Positions 19,253 to 28,736 of a DNA stretch of 64,000 nucleotides are shown one piece after another. The notes beneath the pieces are model-generated. The model made no database searches and had not been told where the DNA came from. It saw nothing but the letters and a program-made list of their open reading frames with translations. This stretch comes from Candidatus Pacearchaeota archaeon (GTDB lineage Archaea > Nanobdellota > Nanobdellia > Pacearchaeales > GW2011-AR1): positions 21,381 through 85,380 of the forward strand of contig SICV01000003.1 in the NCBI GenBank assembly GCA_009694725.1. Reading direction: 5' to 3'. Positions within the stretch are counted from its first letter, which is position 1; every line of letters begins with the position of its first letter. The position numbers and the translations under genes are program-made.

Positions 19253-19522
19253 GAAGGAGAAGCGAGCGAGTCGTTTATAAACGTTTCAGTTAAATGGCAT
19301 TGCAGGTGTTGGTAGGTGTCCGGTATCTGATGTATGTCTTAGTGAGGGGGCTTCATCTTTATGAATAACGAGTGGATTGTAGCATTGTTGATCGTTCTGT
19401 ATTAGGTATTGTGTGTACGTCTGTCAGGGAGAGAGTAGGGAGTGGGAAGCTTGTAGATAGCGTGAACTATTTTATCCGTTCTCTTTTCGTGAGTTTAAAA
19501 AAGGTCTTCGTCTTTATGGAGT

Positions 19523-19921
19523 ATGCGTATTAAACTCATCCCTGCCATTATTCTAGGGCAATTAGTATTATCTGCGTATTTAGTACATGCAAAGGCACAA
19601 ACTGAGTTATTTTGTGTGATTGGGAAGTCGTGTGATGCCGTGCAACAATCAGTCTATGGGAAGTTATGGGGAATCGATGTGAGTACCTTGGGGTTGATTG
19701 CTTTTGGATTGTTGCTTATTACGGCCTTTACACAACACGCTCATCGGTATAATCGGAAGCTGTATCTCCTCTGTATTGTCTTGGGAGTTATGGGGGCGAT
19801 ATACTTTATAGGTATTCAACTTTTTGTGCTGAAGCAGATTTGTTCAACGTGTATGGTGATTGATGGAAGCATGTTAGTGGTGGCTTGGTTGGAATATCGT
19901 GCGTGGCGTAAGGGTTATTAA
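19523..19921 (+). CDS. vitamin K epoxide reductase (VKOR)-family membrane thiol oxidoreductase
   Basis: 132 aa; 4 TMs; loop cysteine pair CVIGKSC; CSTC (CXXC) at the start of the last TM. Confidence 0.6.
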   Translation: MRIKLIPAIILGQLVLSAYLVHAKAQTELFCVIGKSCDAVQQSVYGKLWGIDVSTLGLIAFGLLLITAFTQHAHRYNRKLYLLCIVLGVMGAIYFIGIQLFVLKQICSTCMVIDGSMLVVAWLEYRAWRKGY

Positions 19922-19946
19922 GTCTCTTTTTTCTTCCTGTTCTAAT

Positions 19947-20017
19947 GCGTGGTTAGTTCATCGGTAGAATGCTAGCTTCCCAAGTTAGAGAGACGGGTTC
20001 AATTCCCGTACTACGCA
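19947..20017 (+). tRNA. tRNA-Gly(CCC)
   Basis: Manual fold: acceptor GCGTGGT/ACTACGC (one G-U); D-arm GTTC-ATCGGTA-GAAT; anticodon stem CTAGC/GTTAG with loop TTCCCAA; T-arm ACGGG-TTCAATT-CCCGT; discriminator A. Confidence 0.8.
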
Positions 20018-20018
20018 T

Positions 20019-20765
20019 TTACTCCAACTTTCTATTCTGATTATGTGGTTTGATTATTGCTATTAATTCTCTAGCTGGTTGACCATGAAACGTTACAGTG
20101 TATAGTGTTGCTTCATTAATTCCTTTGATGATGTAAACTTTAGGCTTAGAATTAGTGAGTGATTCCATAATTGCAGATGCTTGTTCAGCAAGTTTTTTGG
20201 AGATTGTAGAAAAACTCACTCTGTTCTTTGGAATGTAACAACTTCCATCTGTATCTATTAATCCCCTTAGGAAACCTCTATTAAAATCTTTTTCTGTTAG
20301 GTCTAATTCTTTTAAACAGATGTTATAACTCTTCTTACCAGACCATGTGAGATACTCTTTAATAAAAAGATACAATTCTTTTGAGTAATAAGAAGTTCGA
20401 ATACAAGAAGGCTTGCCTTTGTATTGACTAGTGTAAATCATCGGTCTTTTATTAAACCAATCAAAAAATGCTTTCTTTAAGAATTCGGCATACTCTTTCT
20501 CATAGTGTCCTGTAGCTATGCTAATTGTATAATGGCTTGTTTTTTTGTCAAGGTAAAAAGAACCGTCACCTGCAAAAATTCCTAAAAACTCCCCTCTTTC
20601 TTCTTTATTTTTGAAAAGGAAAACAAAGGGTTTATTCTTTTTACCAAATAGTTTCTTGTAATGAAAGTAAAGAGTCGATTTATTTAATTTAGTTATTGAA
20701 CTCACTTTATTTAAGGATGTTCCATTTTTTAAGAGAGAAAGTATAGTTTCATTTACTTTAACCAT
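20019..20765 (-). mobile_element. free-standing double-motif LAGLIDADG homing endonuclease gene
   Basis: 248 aa with two LAGLIDADG motifs (FLGIFAGDGSF and FLRGLIDTDGSC) and an N-terminal HTH-like region; its stop lies 2 nt from the tRNA-Gly 3' end. Confidence 0.7.
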
Positions 20766-20809
20766 AGAACTAACACTTATGGGGCTATTTTAATTCTCCT
20801 ATTATTTAT

Positions 20810-21005
20810 CCGGGTTCGATTCCCGGCCGGCGCATTTCGGGAATCGAAGTACACGTTGAGCAAAGCTCACCGGTAACCATTCACTCGCAAGCTCATTCAG
20901 GTATTCCCGGCCGGCGCATCTCGGGAATTGAAGTACTTGCTGAATTTCGTTCATCGGTAATTTCAATTCAGGTGAGATTTAGGTATTCTCAGCCGGCGCA
21001 TTTTT
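20810..21005 (+). repeat. ~84-nt tandem direct repeats (2.3 copies) carrying a conserved hairpin and a tRNA 3'-end-like fragment
   Basis: Units start near 20819, 20903 and 20985 (the last partial). Each has the hairpin ATTCCCG-GCCGGCGCAT(T/C)T-CGGGAAT followed by GAAGTAC. The first copy reads CCGGGTTCGATTCCCGG+CCGGCGC+A, i.e. a T-arm plus acceptor 3' strand plus discriminator. Confidence 0.6.
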
Positions 21006-21372
21006 ATCGTTTGTAGGCTTTGAAAAAGGCATTGAATAAGGTTTTATTTTCAAAGACTCTTTTTTCTTTGATGACAGATTTGAATGTCTTAATTATAGTA
21101 TCATACTCTCCTGGTGTCACCTTATAGATTATTTTTGTTTCGAGAGGTACATCACATCGCCAGATTTTGATATATCCGCAGAGTGCTCCTGAACCAACAA
21201 AAATATCTAAATCGTCATTATCTTCACTTGTGTATCCTTTGATATAACCATAGTCAACAGGGTAGATAACTCCCGATAAAGGATAGTCTTTCCATACGGG
21301 ATTGTTTTCTATTTCAAATGACTTATAGGTTCCTGCAGGTTGTTCAATAACGATCTCTTTGCTTGTTATCAT
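21004..21372 (-). CDS. inorganic pyrophosphatase-like protein (short family I PPase-like)
   Basis: YPVDYGYIKGYTSEDNDDLDIFV matches the family I PPase core Y-P-x-N-Y-G-F-I...D-G-D-P-L-D-V; only 122 aa against ~175 for canonical PPases. Confidence 0.5.
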   Translation of the reverse strand: MITSKEIVIEQPAGTYKSFEIENNPVWKDYPLSGVIYPVDYGYIKGYTSEDNDDLDIFVGSGALCGYIKIWRCDVPLETKIIYKVTPGEYDTIIKTFKSVIKEKRVFENKTLFNAFFKAYKR

Positions 21373-21374
21373 TT

Positions 21375-21863
21375 TTATCTCTTCATAGTTCTAAATCTAT
21401 TATTTTGATTCTTGATAAATACATTGAGCGGATCTTTATCTCTTGATTCGAGAGAGGACATTACTTCGGTATAGGGTATGAGCTTTACGCCTCTCCTTTG
21501 TAATTCTTCATATACATTTTCTATTTTTTTCTCTCCGAGTACTGTTTGTTCAGTAAGCGCGAGGTATTCTTCTTTTTTGAAACGAGCATCCTGTTTGAAT
21601 TCTTCGTTTTTAAGCGTGTAGAGGGATGCTTTTTTCTTGAGTAAACTTAAGGTTCCTTTTTTTATTTCATCAATATATAATTTTCTTTTTCCTGTTCCTT
21701 TTTCTATTCCATACGATACTGCAAGCATATCTCCTGAACCATAGGTCATTGCAAGGGCATAGTTTGGATCACTTGTTGCAAACAAAACAGGAAGAGGAAA
21801 TGCTGGATGTTTTTTTGTGAATAGCACAGGTATTCCCCCTATCTTTGAAGCATGATAGAGCAT
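21375..21863 (-). CDS. hypothetical protein
   Basis: 162 aa; no motif recognised; contiguous with flanking genes on the same strand. Confidence 0.4.
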   Translation of the reverse strand: MLYHASKIGGIPVLFTKKHPAFPLPVLFATSDPNYALAMTYGSGDMLAVSYGIEKGTGKRKLYIDEIKKGTLSLLKKKASLYTLKNEEFKQDARFKKEEYLALTEQTVLGEKKIENVYEELQRRGVKLIPYTEVMSSLESRDKDPLNVFIKNQNNRFRTMKR

Positions 21864-22510
21864 TATTTCGCGAGGAATTCTACGGTAAGACCTTTTTCAC
21901 CAATGGCATAACTTTTCATGGGAAGGTTGAGGGGAATGGATGAAGTGTACACTTTTTTTGAGCTGATTGCTTTTATTTCATAGCCGGTTTCAAGCTTATT
22001 GACAAAGACATCTTTGACATCTTTGACTCCAGGCATGGCAAGTTCGTATACTATTTTATCTGCAAGGCGTTTCATTTGGGATTTTGCTTCTGCGCGCGGG
22101 AGTTGGGCCATGCGTTCGAGTTGTTCAGCAGTTACTTTTGCCAGGGTTGGTTGTTTTTGTCTACGTGCCACTTGCTGATTCCCTATTTTGATTTGGAAGC
22201 CATGGGGCATTTCTTTTATTTCTGCGTCTCCCATTTGAGACAATTCTGATTCGACGCTTTTGACTACATTTTTTATCATTGATTCGATTAATTTATTTGC
22301 CATTTTATCCATGAAGCCGAGATTGTTTGCTACGTTTGTTTGACCCTGCATTGGTTGCTGGTGTACCCGATCTGTTCTTCCCAATAAGCCAAATTCCCGG
22401 GCTTCATCTTGGGGTGATTTGATTTGAGCACCACAGGTGGGACAGAAGCTGTGTGCTTTCTCAACTGCGTTATTGCAGTGAGGACAAGAATCTTTCTTAT
22501 TAAAGAGCAT
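21863..22510 (-). CDS. zinc-ribbon protein with possible Hsp20/alpha-crystallin-like C-terminal domain
   Basis: N-terminal CPHC...CPTC ribbon; C-terminal YEIKAI...PMKSYAIGEKGLTVEF resembles the Hsp20 C-terminal A-x-x-x-n-G-v-L motif. Confidence 0.4.
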   Translation of the reverse strand: MLFNKKDSCPHCNNAVEKAHSFCPTCGAQIKSPQDEAREFGLLGRTDRVHQQPMQGQTNVANNLGFMDKMANKLIESMIKNVVKSVESELSQMGDAEIKEMPHGFQIKIGNQQVARRQKQPTLAKVTAEQLERMAQLPRAEAKSQMKRLADKIVYELAMPGVKDVKDVFVNKLETGYEIKAISSKKVYTSSIPLNLPMKSYAIGEKGLTVEFLAK

Positions 22511-22638
22511 ATTCTTCTTTATTCTTGCGGGTTAATAAAGATTCTGGAAGTGAGATTTTAGATTTTTAATCATCTGAGGTATGCCTTTGTTGAGCTTTGA
22601 GAGAGCATATTTTATGGGGGCTAGGAAAAACATTGAAG

Positions 22639-23961
22639 TTATTTTTTGAGGTGTTTCAAGAAATATAGTTCACTCTGGAGGGAACGAAAGGGATGAAACA
22701 ATTCGATCTTACTTTCGTGTGGGAGTTTTTGTACCTTTTCTCGTTCACGCATGTGTTTGATCCCGATAAAGGTGATGGCACATCGTCCGATGATGGAGAT
22801 GATAAACGTATAAGTGATTGCCGAGAGCCAGGAAGGATGGTAGGTCATAGCATATCCCCCTACGAGTGAGCCGATGAAGATACCGACTCCTGCGAGGATA
22901 TGGAGATAGGTTGCAACAATTGCTCGTTCGTGTGAGGGAACGGTGTTGAGGAGATAATTCGTAACGCCAATGAGATAGGCCGCGTTGGCGATTCCTCCGA
23001 CTAGTTGGACTGCAAGCAAGATCCAGGGGTTGGGAAAGAGTAACCAGACCAGCGGGTTGAGTGCATATAAAATACCTGAAAGATAGAATAGACGAAGGTT
23101 GCCGTATTTATCTGAGAATGTGCCGATATAGGGGAGTGCCAGGATGTAGAATACTGAAGAGGCAAGAGAGATGAGGGTGATCCAGGTATAACTGAGCCCG
23201 AGATCTTGACGCAGATAGATGGGGAAAAACGGTGAGGCAATATACATGACCAGATTGTAGAGGCAGACGTAGATAACGAACTTACGTGTTGCTGTATTTT
23301 GTTTGAGAAAATGCCAGAGAGAATAGGGGATTGCTGATTTCTTTTTATTATACGGCGGTTCATATTGTGTGCTTAAGAGATGTGCAGAATAGACACGGAT
23401 GAGCGCTGCGATCGTGAAGAGTACTCCGAATATACTCAAGGCTAACCCTTGTGTTTGATAGTAATCGAGCGCCAGTCCCCCCAGGATGATAGCCATGCTT
23501 GCGATGCCCATGACTTTGTGACGTTTACTGAAATAGGCTCCTCGTTGTTTTTTCGGGATGAGATCCCCCATCCAGGAGAACCAGGCAGGAGCAGGCAGTG
23601 CCGCGATGCTCATTAGGAGTGTGTATGAAATGAGGAGCAGCATGACTGCATGTTCCTGAATTATCTGTGTAGAAATACACCAGCCGATCAGTGCAATTGG
23701 AATAAAAAAGAATGCTTGGATATAGGTGGTGACCGTGACGAGTTGTTTCCGGGTGTAGGTACTCATGAGTTTGTCTCCCAGTAATTGTGCGAGTGGAGAG
23801 AGCAGACTTGGAATTGCACTAAGCCAACCAATCTGGGCTGCAGAGGCTTTGAGTGCAATGGCGAATTGAGGGATATAGGTTTCAGTGAGTGAACTTGAGA
23901 TGGCAGATACTCCCCCTTCTTTTATTCCTCGTTTCATAGAGGTTGCTATCTTTGGATGCAT
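22639..23961 (-). CDS. MFS-type transporter
   Basis: 440 aa; ~12 predicted TMs; MFS-like loop motifs. Confidence 0.7.
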   Translation of the reverse strand: MHPKIATSMKRGIKEGGVSAISSSLTETYIPQFAIALKASAAQIGWLSAIPSLLSPLAQLLGDKLMSTYTRKQLVTVTTYIQAFFFIPIALIGWCISTQIIQEHAVMLLLISYTLLMSIAALPAPAWFSWMGDLIPKKQRGAYFSKRHKVMGIASMAIILGGLALDYYQTQGLALSIFGVLFTIAALIRVYSAHLLSTQYEPPYNKKKSAIPYSLWHFLKQNTATRKFVIYVCLYNLVMYIASPFFPIYLRQDLGLSYTWITLISLASSVFYILALPYIGTFSDKYGNLRLFYLSGILYALNPLVWLLFPNPWILLAVQLVGGIANAAYLIGVTNYLLNTVPSHERAIVATYLHILAGVGIFIGSLVGGYAMTYHPSWLSAITYTFIISIIGRCAITFIGIKHMREREKVQKLPHESKIELFHPFRSLQSELYFLKHLKK

Positions 23962-24165
23962 TCATTCTCTACCGTTTTTCTGTTTCTTAAATATGGTGTT
24001 TATGCCTCCATGTCAAGGAACCTCGGTAGTTCCTTGAGCACAGAAAAACTACTGATTTTCTGGTCAGGAAAATACGAGATATTTTCCTGCATCCCCAAGC
24101 ACGAGTGCTTGCGGCACATCGTGCTCGGGATAAGCTTTATATAGTATATACCGTACCGTATACAC

Positions 24166-24549
24166 ATGACCGACATCTTTGATACGGCTATTTTTTGTAA
24201 ATCGTGCACACAACCTATGAAACAGACTGTTGTGCATCGTGATGGCTTTGAGTTGCGTGCCGTCCAATGTGGGCGCTGTAAAGATACGATTATTCACCCT
24301 GCCGATACGCAGTCAATGCATCAATTTCAGGATTTGAAGGGAAAAACCTTCCACGTGAAGTTGCGTATGGTGGGGAATAGTCATGCGATTAGTATTCCGA
24401 AAGAAATTGTCGATTTTATGCATGATCATCATCGAACAGTCGGTACATTGCAAACTGAAATGGACGATATTGTCAGATTATGTTTTGAAGATTTTCATCG
24501 TTTATCAGTACGCTTTGGGGAGGAAGGGCGGTATGGCGAAAGGAACTGA
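24166..24549 (+). CDS. zinc-ribbon plus SpoVT/AbrB (MazE-like) swapped-hairpin DNA-binding protein
   Basis: CKSC...CGRCKD ribbon followed by VKLRMVGNSHAISIPKEIVDFM (AbrB/MazE signature); stop overlaps the cdc48 start. Confidence 0.55.
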   Translation: MTDIFDTAIFCKSCTQPMKQTVVHRDGFELRAVQCGRCKDTIIHPADTQSMHQFQDLKGKTFHVKLRMVGNSHAISIPKEIVDFMHDHHRTVGTLQTEMDDIVRLCFEDFHRLSVRFGEEGRYGERN

Positions 24550-26812
24550 ACTTCGTTTGAAAGTTGTTGAGGCGTTACAGGATGACGCGTATAAAGGGAT
24601 TGCGCGTATTGACCCGCAGTTGATGCGTACGCTGGGGTTGAATCGGGGAGATATTTTGAGTATTCTGGGGACGCGTGAGACTGTCGCTATTGTTGATCGG
24701 GCGTATCCGGCAGATGTAGGGGAATCGATTATTCGTATTGATGGATTGATTCGACGGAATGCGAAGACAAGTGTAGGGGAGTATGTGAAGGTGAGCAAAA
24801 TGCAAGCAAAACCTGCGACGAAAGTGAGTATTGCCCCTGCACAACAAGGGATTATGGTGCAAGGAGATCCTGACGCTTTCCGTAATAATTTGTTGGGGAG
24901 GGCAGTGATGAAGGGAGATGTGATTTCGTTGAGTGGGATGCCGCGCCGACGCGAAATGATGGGCGAAGGACAAGAATTTATTGGTGATTTGAATGAATTG
25001 TTTGGGGGAGGGATGTTTTCAGGATTTCAACAACTCAAATTTATGGTGGTATCTACGAGTCCTGCGCAGGCGTGTGTGATTACTGAACAAACAGAATTAA
25101 TTTTGAATTCAAAGGCAATGGATGTGACGGAAGATACCATTCCTGATGTAACCTATGAAGATATTGGGGGATTGACTGATGAAGTGAAGAAAGTACGGGA
25201 GATGGTCGAATTACCGTTGAAGCATCCGGAGATCTTTGATGCGCTTGGTATTGATGCTCCGAAAGGGGTGTTATTACATGGTCCTCCCGGTACGGGAAAA
25301 ACGTTGCTTGCGAAAGCAGTGGCGAATGAAAGTGAAGCGCACTTTATTTTATTGAATGGTCCGGAGATAATGAGTAAGTTTTATGGTGAGAGTGAGAAGA
25401 AGATTCGTGATATTTTCCAGGATGCTGAAAAGAATGCTCCGGCTATTATCTTTATTGATGAGATTGATGCCATTGCTCCGAAACGTGAAGAAGTGCAAGG
25501 TGAAGTTGAGCGGCGAGTTGTTTCACAGTTACTGACGATGATGGATGGGTTGAAGTCTCGAGGGAAGATTGTGGTCATTGGAGCAACGAATCGTTTGAAT
25601 TCGATTGATCCTGCCTTACGTCGCCCGGGGCGATTTGATCGAGAAATTGAAATTAGTGTGCCCGATAAAAAGGCTCGTTTGAATATCTTAAAGATTCATA
25701 CACGAAATATGCCCTTGGCAAAAGCAGTCAATTTAGAGATGCTTGCTGGAAAGACACACGGATTTGTGGGCGCTGATTTGAGTTCATTGGCGAAAGAAGC
25801 AGCGATGCAAGTGTTACGGAAGGTATTGCCTGAAATAAGCTTGCAAGATACGAAAGCAATCCCTCAGGAAATTTTGGAGAAAATGATTATTGAAGCAGGG
25901 GACTTTGAAGAAGCGTTGAAAGTGGTGCGTCCGAGTGCGATGCGTGAGGTCTTGGTTGAAACACCGAATGTGAATTGGGATGATGTGGGGGGTTTGGACA
26001 AGACGAAGCAAGATTTGAAGGAAGCGGTTGAGTTACCGATTACACACCCGGAGAGTTTCAAGCGCCTGGGCATTCGTCCACCTCGCGGGGTGTTGTTGTA
26101 TGGTCCTCCCGGGACGGGGAAGACGTTACTCGCAAAGGCGGTGGCGAAAGAGAGTGAGGCTAATTTTATTCAAGTCAAAGGGCCGAGTTTGTTAAGTATG
26201 TGGGTGGGGAAGTCGGAAGAAGGCGTACGTAAAATCTTTGAACGTGCTCGTCAGGTTGCGCCGTGCGTCATTTTCTTTGATGAAATTGATGCACTTGCTA
26301 GTCGTCGGGGGCTGGATGCTGGCTCGAAAGTAACTGAACGAGTATTAAATCAGCTTCTTGCTGAGATGGATGGGTTGGAAGGCTTGAAAGATGTGACGAT
26401 TATTGCGGCAACCAATCGCCCTGATATGTTGGATCCTGCGTTGTTACGTCCGGGGCGCTTTGATCGGATTATTTTGGTTGATGTACCTGATGCAGCAAGT
26501 CGAATGTTGATTTTCAACGTACATACGAAGAATACTCCTCTTGCTCCTGATGTGAGTATTGAAGAATTGGTGAAGCAGACAGAAGGATATGTGGGCGCCG
26601 ATATTGAAGGATTAGTGCGTGAAGCTGCGATGCATGCATTGCGTCGGGATCCTGCTTCTGTCAAAGTTGCACAAGTTGATTTTGATGGGGCATTTATGAA
26701 AGTGCGTCCTTCGGTCTCTCCTGAAACAGCTAAGCGGTATAAGAAATTGGAAGATTATTATTTGAAAGCTGCAAAGGCTGGACTTGATGTTGGTCCGATG
26801 TATGCAAGTTAA
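24533..26812 (+). CDS. cdc48: CDC48/VCP-like AAA+ ATPase
   Basis: Two AAA modules ([15 protein letters not shown] twice; DEIDA Walker B twice; second-region-of-homology arginines); N-terminal double-psi barrel. The ORF track starts at 24383; the real start is probably [11 protein letters not shown]. Confidence 0.9.
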   Translation: MAKGTELRLKVVEALQDDAYKGIARIDPQLMRTLGLNRGDILSILGTRETVAIVDRAYPADVGESIIRIDGLIRRNAKTSVGEYVKVSKMQAKPATKVSIAPAQQGIMVQGDPDAFRNNLLGRAVMKGDVISLSGMPRRREMMGEGQEFIGDLNELFGGGMFSGFQQLKFMVVSTSPAQACVITEQTELILNSKAMDVTEDTIPDVTYEDIGGLTDEVKKVREMVELPLKHPEIFDALGIDAPKGVLLHGPPGTGKTLLAKAVANESEAHFILLNGPEIMSKFYGESEKKIRDIFQDAEKNAPAIIFIDEIDAIAPKREEVQGEVERRVVSQLLTMMDGLKSRGKIVVIGATNRLNSIDPALRRPGRFDREIEISVPDKKARLNILKIHTRNMPLAKAVNLEMLAGKTHGFVGADLSSLAKEAAMQVLRKVLPEISLQDTKAIPQEILEKMIIEAGDFEEALKVVRPSAMREVLVETPNVNWDDVGGLDKTKQDLKEAVELPITHPESFKRLGIRPPRGVLLYGPPGTGKTLLAKAVAKESEANFIQVKGPSLLSMWVGKSEEGVRKIFERARQVAPCVIFFDEIDALASRRGLDAGSKVTERVLNQLLAEMDGLEGLKDVTIIAATNRPDMLDPALLRPGRFDRIILVDVPDAASRMLIFNVHTKNTPLAPDVSIEELVKQTEGYVGADIEGLVREAAMHALRRDPASVKVAQVDFDGAFMKVRPSVSPETAKRYKKLEDYYLKAAKAGLDVGPMYAS

Positions 26813-26969
26813 GTACCTTTCTTTTTTTTTGAGTTGAGATTTCATTTCCTTATCTGCTGTATGTATTTGGTATTTTATGCATGTAAGGTTCAGTTGATGT
26901 AGACGAGAGGAATATGTTCGGCATATGAATCTATCGAGTGTATTCTGGGGAAGGTTATTATTTTAAATA

Positions 26970-27473
26970 GTGTTTGAAAGTGAGTTTTGTATGGCCGATG
27001 ATGTGTTTCGAGAGGAAAGGGATGTTCGACGTACTCGGTGGAATCGTGTAACGAAGAGGGGTTCTTCAGGGAAGTCGCCATTATTCGATGAGCGATCAAA
27101 TGAGGGGAAACCGATCGTTATTAGTCATTATGTTCCCCATCCCTTTGGAACAGAAAAGAATCATTTCTTTTTTGCCTATTTGTTTCCTTTAACGCCGAAA
27201 CAAGCGCGAGAGGGATATGCCACGTTATTATTCGTTGGTCCTGCATGTGAAACGGAAGGATGGTTGAGACGTTTTTCGCTTGATGCTCCCGAACGACAGA
27301 GTTTTTATGAAACGCATGCACATCGTTCTGTTTCCTTGCCGAGTGCATTTCGAGCGTTCGTTGATCCTGTGCAGGTCCCGTATAGTGTCGGAGGGCAGGT
27401 GTGTTTGGAGCGAGGTACGATCGTGTATCGCGTAGGACGAGAGAGCTGGCCATTGATGACCTTTCCGAAGTAA
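26970..27473 (+). CDS. hypothetical protein (weak)
   Basis: 167 aa ORF in an otherwise unassigned 730-nt region; a competing ORF lies on the opposite strand (27121..27453); no motif. Confidence 0.3.
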   Translation: MFESEFCMADDVFREERDVRRTRWNRVTKRGSSGKSPLFDERSNEGKPIVISHYVPHPFGTEKNHFFFAYLFPLTPKQAREGYATLLFVGPACETEGWLRRFSLDAPERQSFYETHAHRSVSLPSAFRAFVDPVQVPYSVGGQVCLERGTIVYRVGRESWPLMTFPK

Positions 27474-27547
27474 GTTTTTTAGTGGGTATCTGATGTACTT
27501 TATCGAGTATCTTATTCAGGGAACTAGATATTGAGAGACTATGATGA

Positions 27548-28432
27548 TTATCCCGTTGTAATGATTGTTTTCGTTTTAGTTATGAGTATGGTATGTTCGG
27601 CTTGGGCGACTGGGGCTCCGGATTCTTCGATGAGTTGTGGGTATTGGTAGAGGATGCCTGCTTGTTCAAGACGTTGGAGTGCTAAGAGGGCACGAGTACC
27701 GAACTTTTTGTAGAGCCAGCGTGCGCAGAACGGGAGGGTGCGATAATGTGCTTCGATGAATGCAAGAATTTCTCGTGCAAGGGGATCACGCACATTTCCT
27801 TCTTTGGCAATGGAGTAGATGGTTGAAGGTCTGCCTTCACGTACTCGTCCTACTCCTGACGTCATGAATGGTTCAATTGCACATAGTCCTTCTCCAATTG
27901 GTTGGGATTGTCCGGTGTCGTAGTTGGGAATGGTGAGGCCAGCGTGGAGGTCATGTTGTGTAATCGAGTGACCCGATAAATTATGAATGGGTTGGAATCC
28001 TGCGTGTGTTGCAGTGTCATTTACTTTTTTACCGATGCTTCCGAGTGGTGTGGTAGGGGTTATGTTGGTGAGTGCTTGTTTGAGGGCTTCTTTGGCGGTG
28101 TCGATAAGTTTTTGATGGAGAGGATTGGTATCAAGGTTAAATGTTTCTGCGGTGTCTGCGACCCAGCCGTCGATATGTACGCCGAAATCTACCTTGAGTA
28201 ATCCTTTTGCTGTTTGTACATCGTTATAGGTGGGCGTTGAGTGTGCAGCAATTTCATTCATCGACAGATTGACAGGGAATGCAGGTTTGCCTCCAAGCTC
28301 TTCTATTTTTGCTTCTATCTTCTCAGCGATTTCAAGGAGGAGTACTCCTGGTTTGACGAGGGTTTTACTATAGGCCCGGACTTGTTGGGCTATCTTTCCT
28401 GCCTTAAGGATTGCTTCTTGATTAAGTTCCAT
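27548..28432 (-). CDS. map: methionine aminopeptidase, type 2 (archaeal MAP)
   Basis: 294 aa; pita-bread fold metal ligand pattern (DFGVHIDGW, AHS, EPF); archaeal MetAP2 length. Confidence 0.85.
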   Translation of the reverse strand: MELNQEAILKAGKIAQQVRAYSKTLVKPGVLLLEIAEKIEAKIEELGGKPAFPVNLSMNEIAAHSTPTYNDVQTAKGLLKVDFGVHIDGWVADTAETFNLDTNPLHQKLIDTAKEALKQALTNITPTTPLGSIGKKVNDTATHAGFQPIHNLSGHSITQHDLHAGLTIPNYDTGQSQPIGEGLCAIEPFMTSGVGRVREGRPSTIYSIAKEGNVRDPLAREILAFIEAHYRTLPFCARWLYKKFGTRALLALQRLEQAGILYQYPQLIEESGAPVAQAEHTILITKTKTIITTG

Positions 28433-28736
28433 CTTTCTTTTGGTCTGAGATGGTTTATAGCTGTTTCGAAGATATGTATAAATAGAAGTTACGCCTCTTT
28501 AGAATATGCTAGGAAGTTCTTCTTTTCTGCTTACTCGGTATGAGGGGTTAGGTGTGTGGGAAGTGTTTATGTTGCCGTACGGGCATTCTGTTTCTACGGG
28601 ATTTACCTCTTTTGTTTCTGCGCATCATCGAGGGCAATTAAGCCCTGGTGAAGAGCAGCTCTTTCAACATCTTGGTCTTGAACGAGGAGTATTCTTTCAT
28701 GTACTTGACCTTGATCGTGTTGCAAGATTGAATTAA

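Noticed and set aside
20810-20834. T-arm plus acceptor fragment CCGGGTTCGATTCCCGGCCGGCGCA as a complete tRNA gene
   Set aside because: No complementary 5' acceptor strand (GCGCCGG) plus D-arm or anticodon arm lies upstream within 150 nt. Only the 3' ~25 nt are tRNA-like, so it is treated as a tRNA-derived repeat fragment.
27018-27300. Possible RNase P RNA (AGGAAAG and GUGAAACGG..GGUUGAGAC resemble CR-I and CR-II)
   Set aside because: The CR-IV/V motif (ACAGAAnCCGGCUUA) is absent and the spacing between the candidate CR-I and CR-II is wrong (~230 nt). Resemblance is limited to short AT-tolerant strings. Kept only as a low-interest note.
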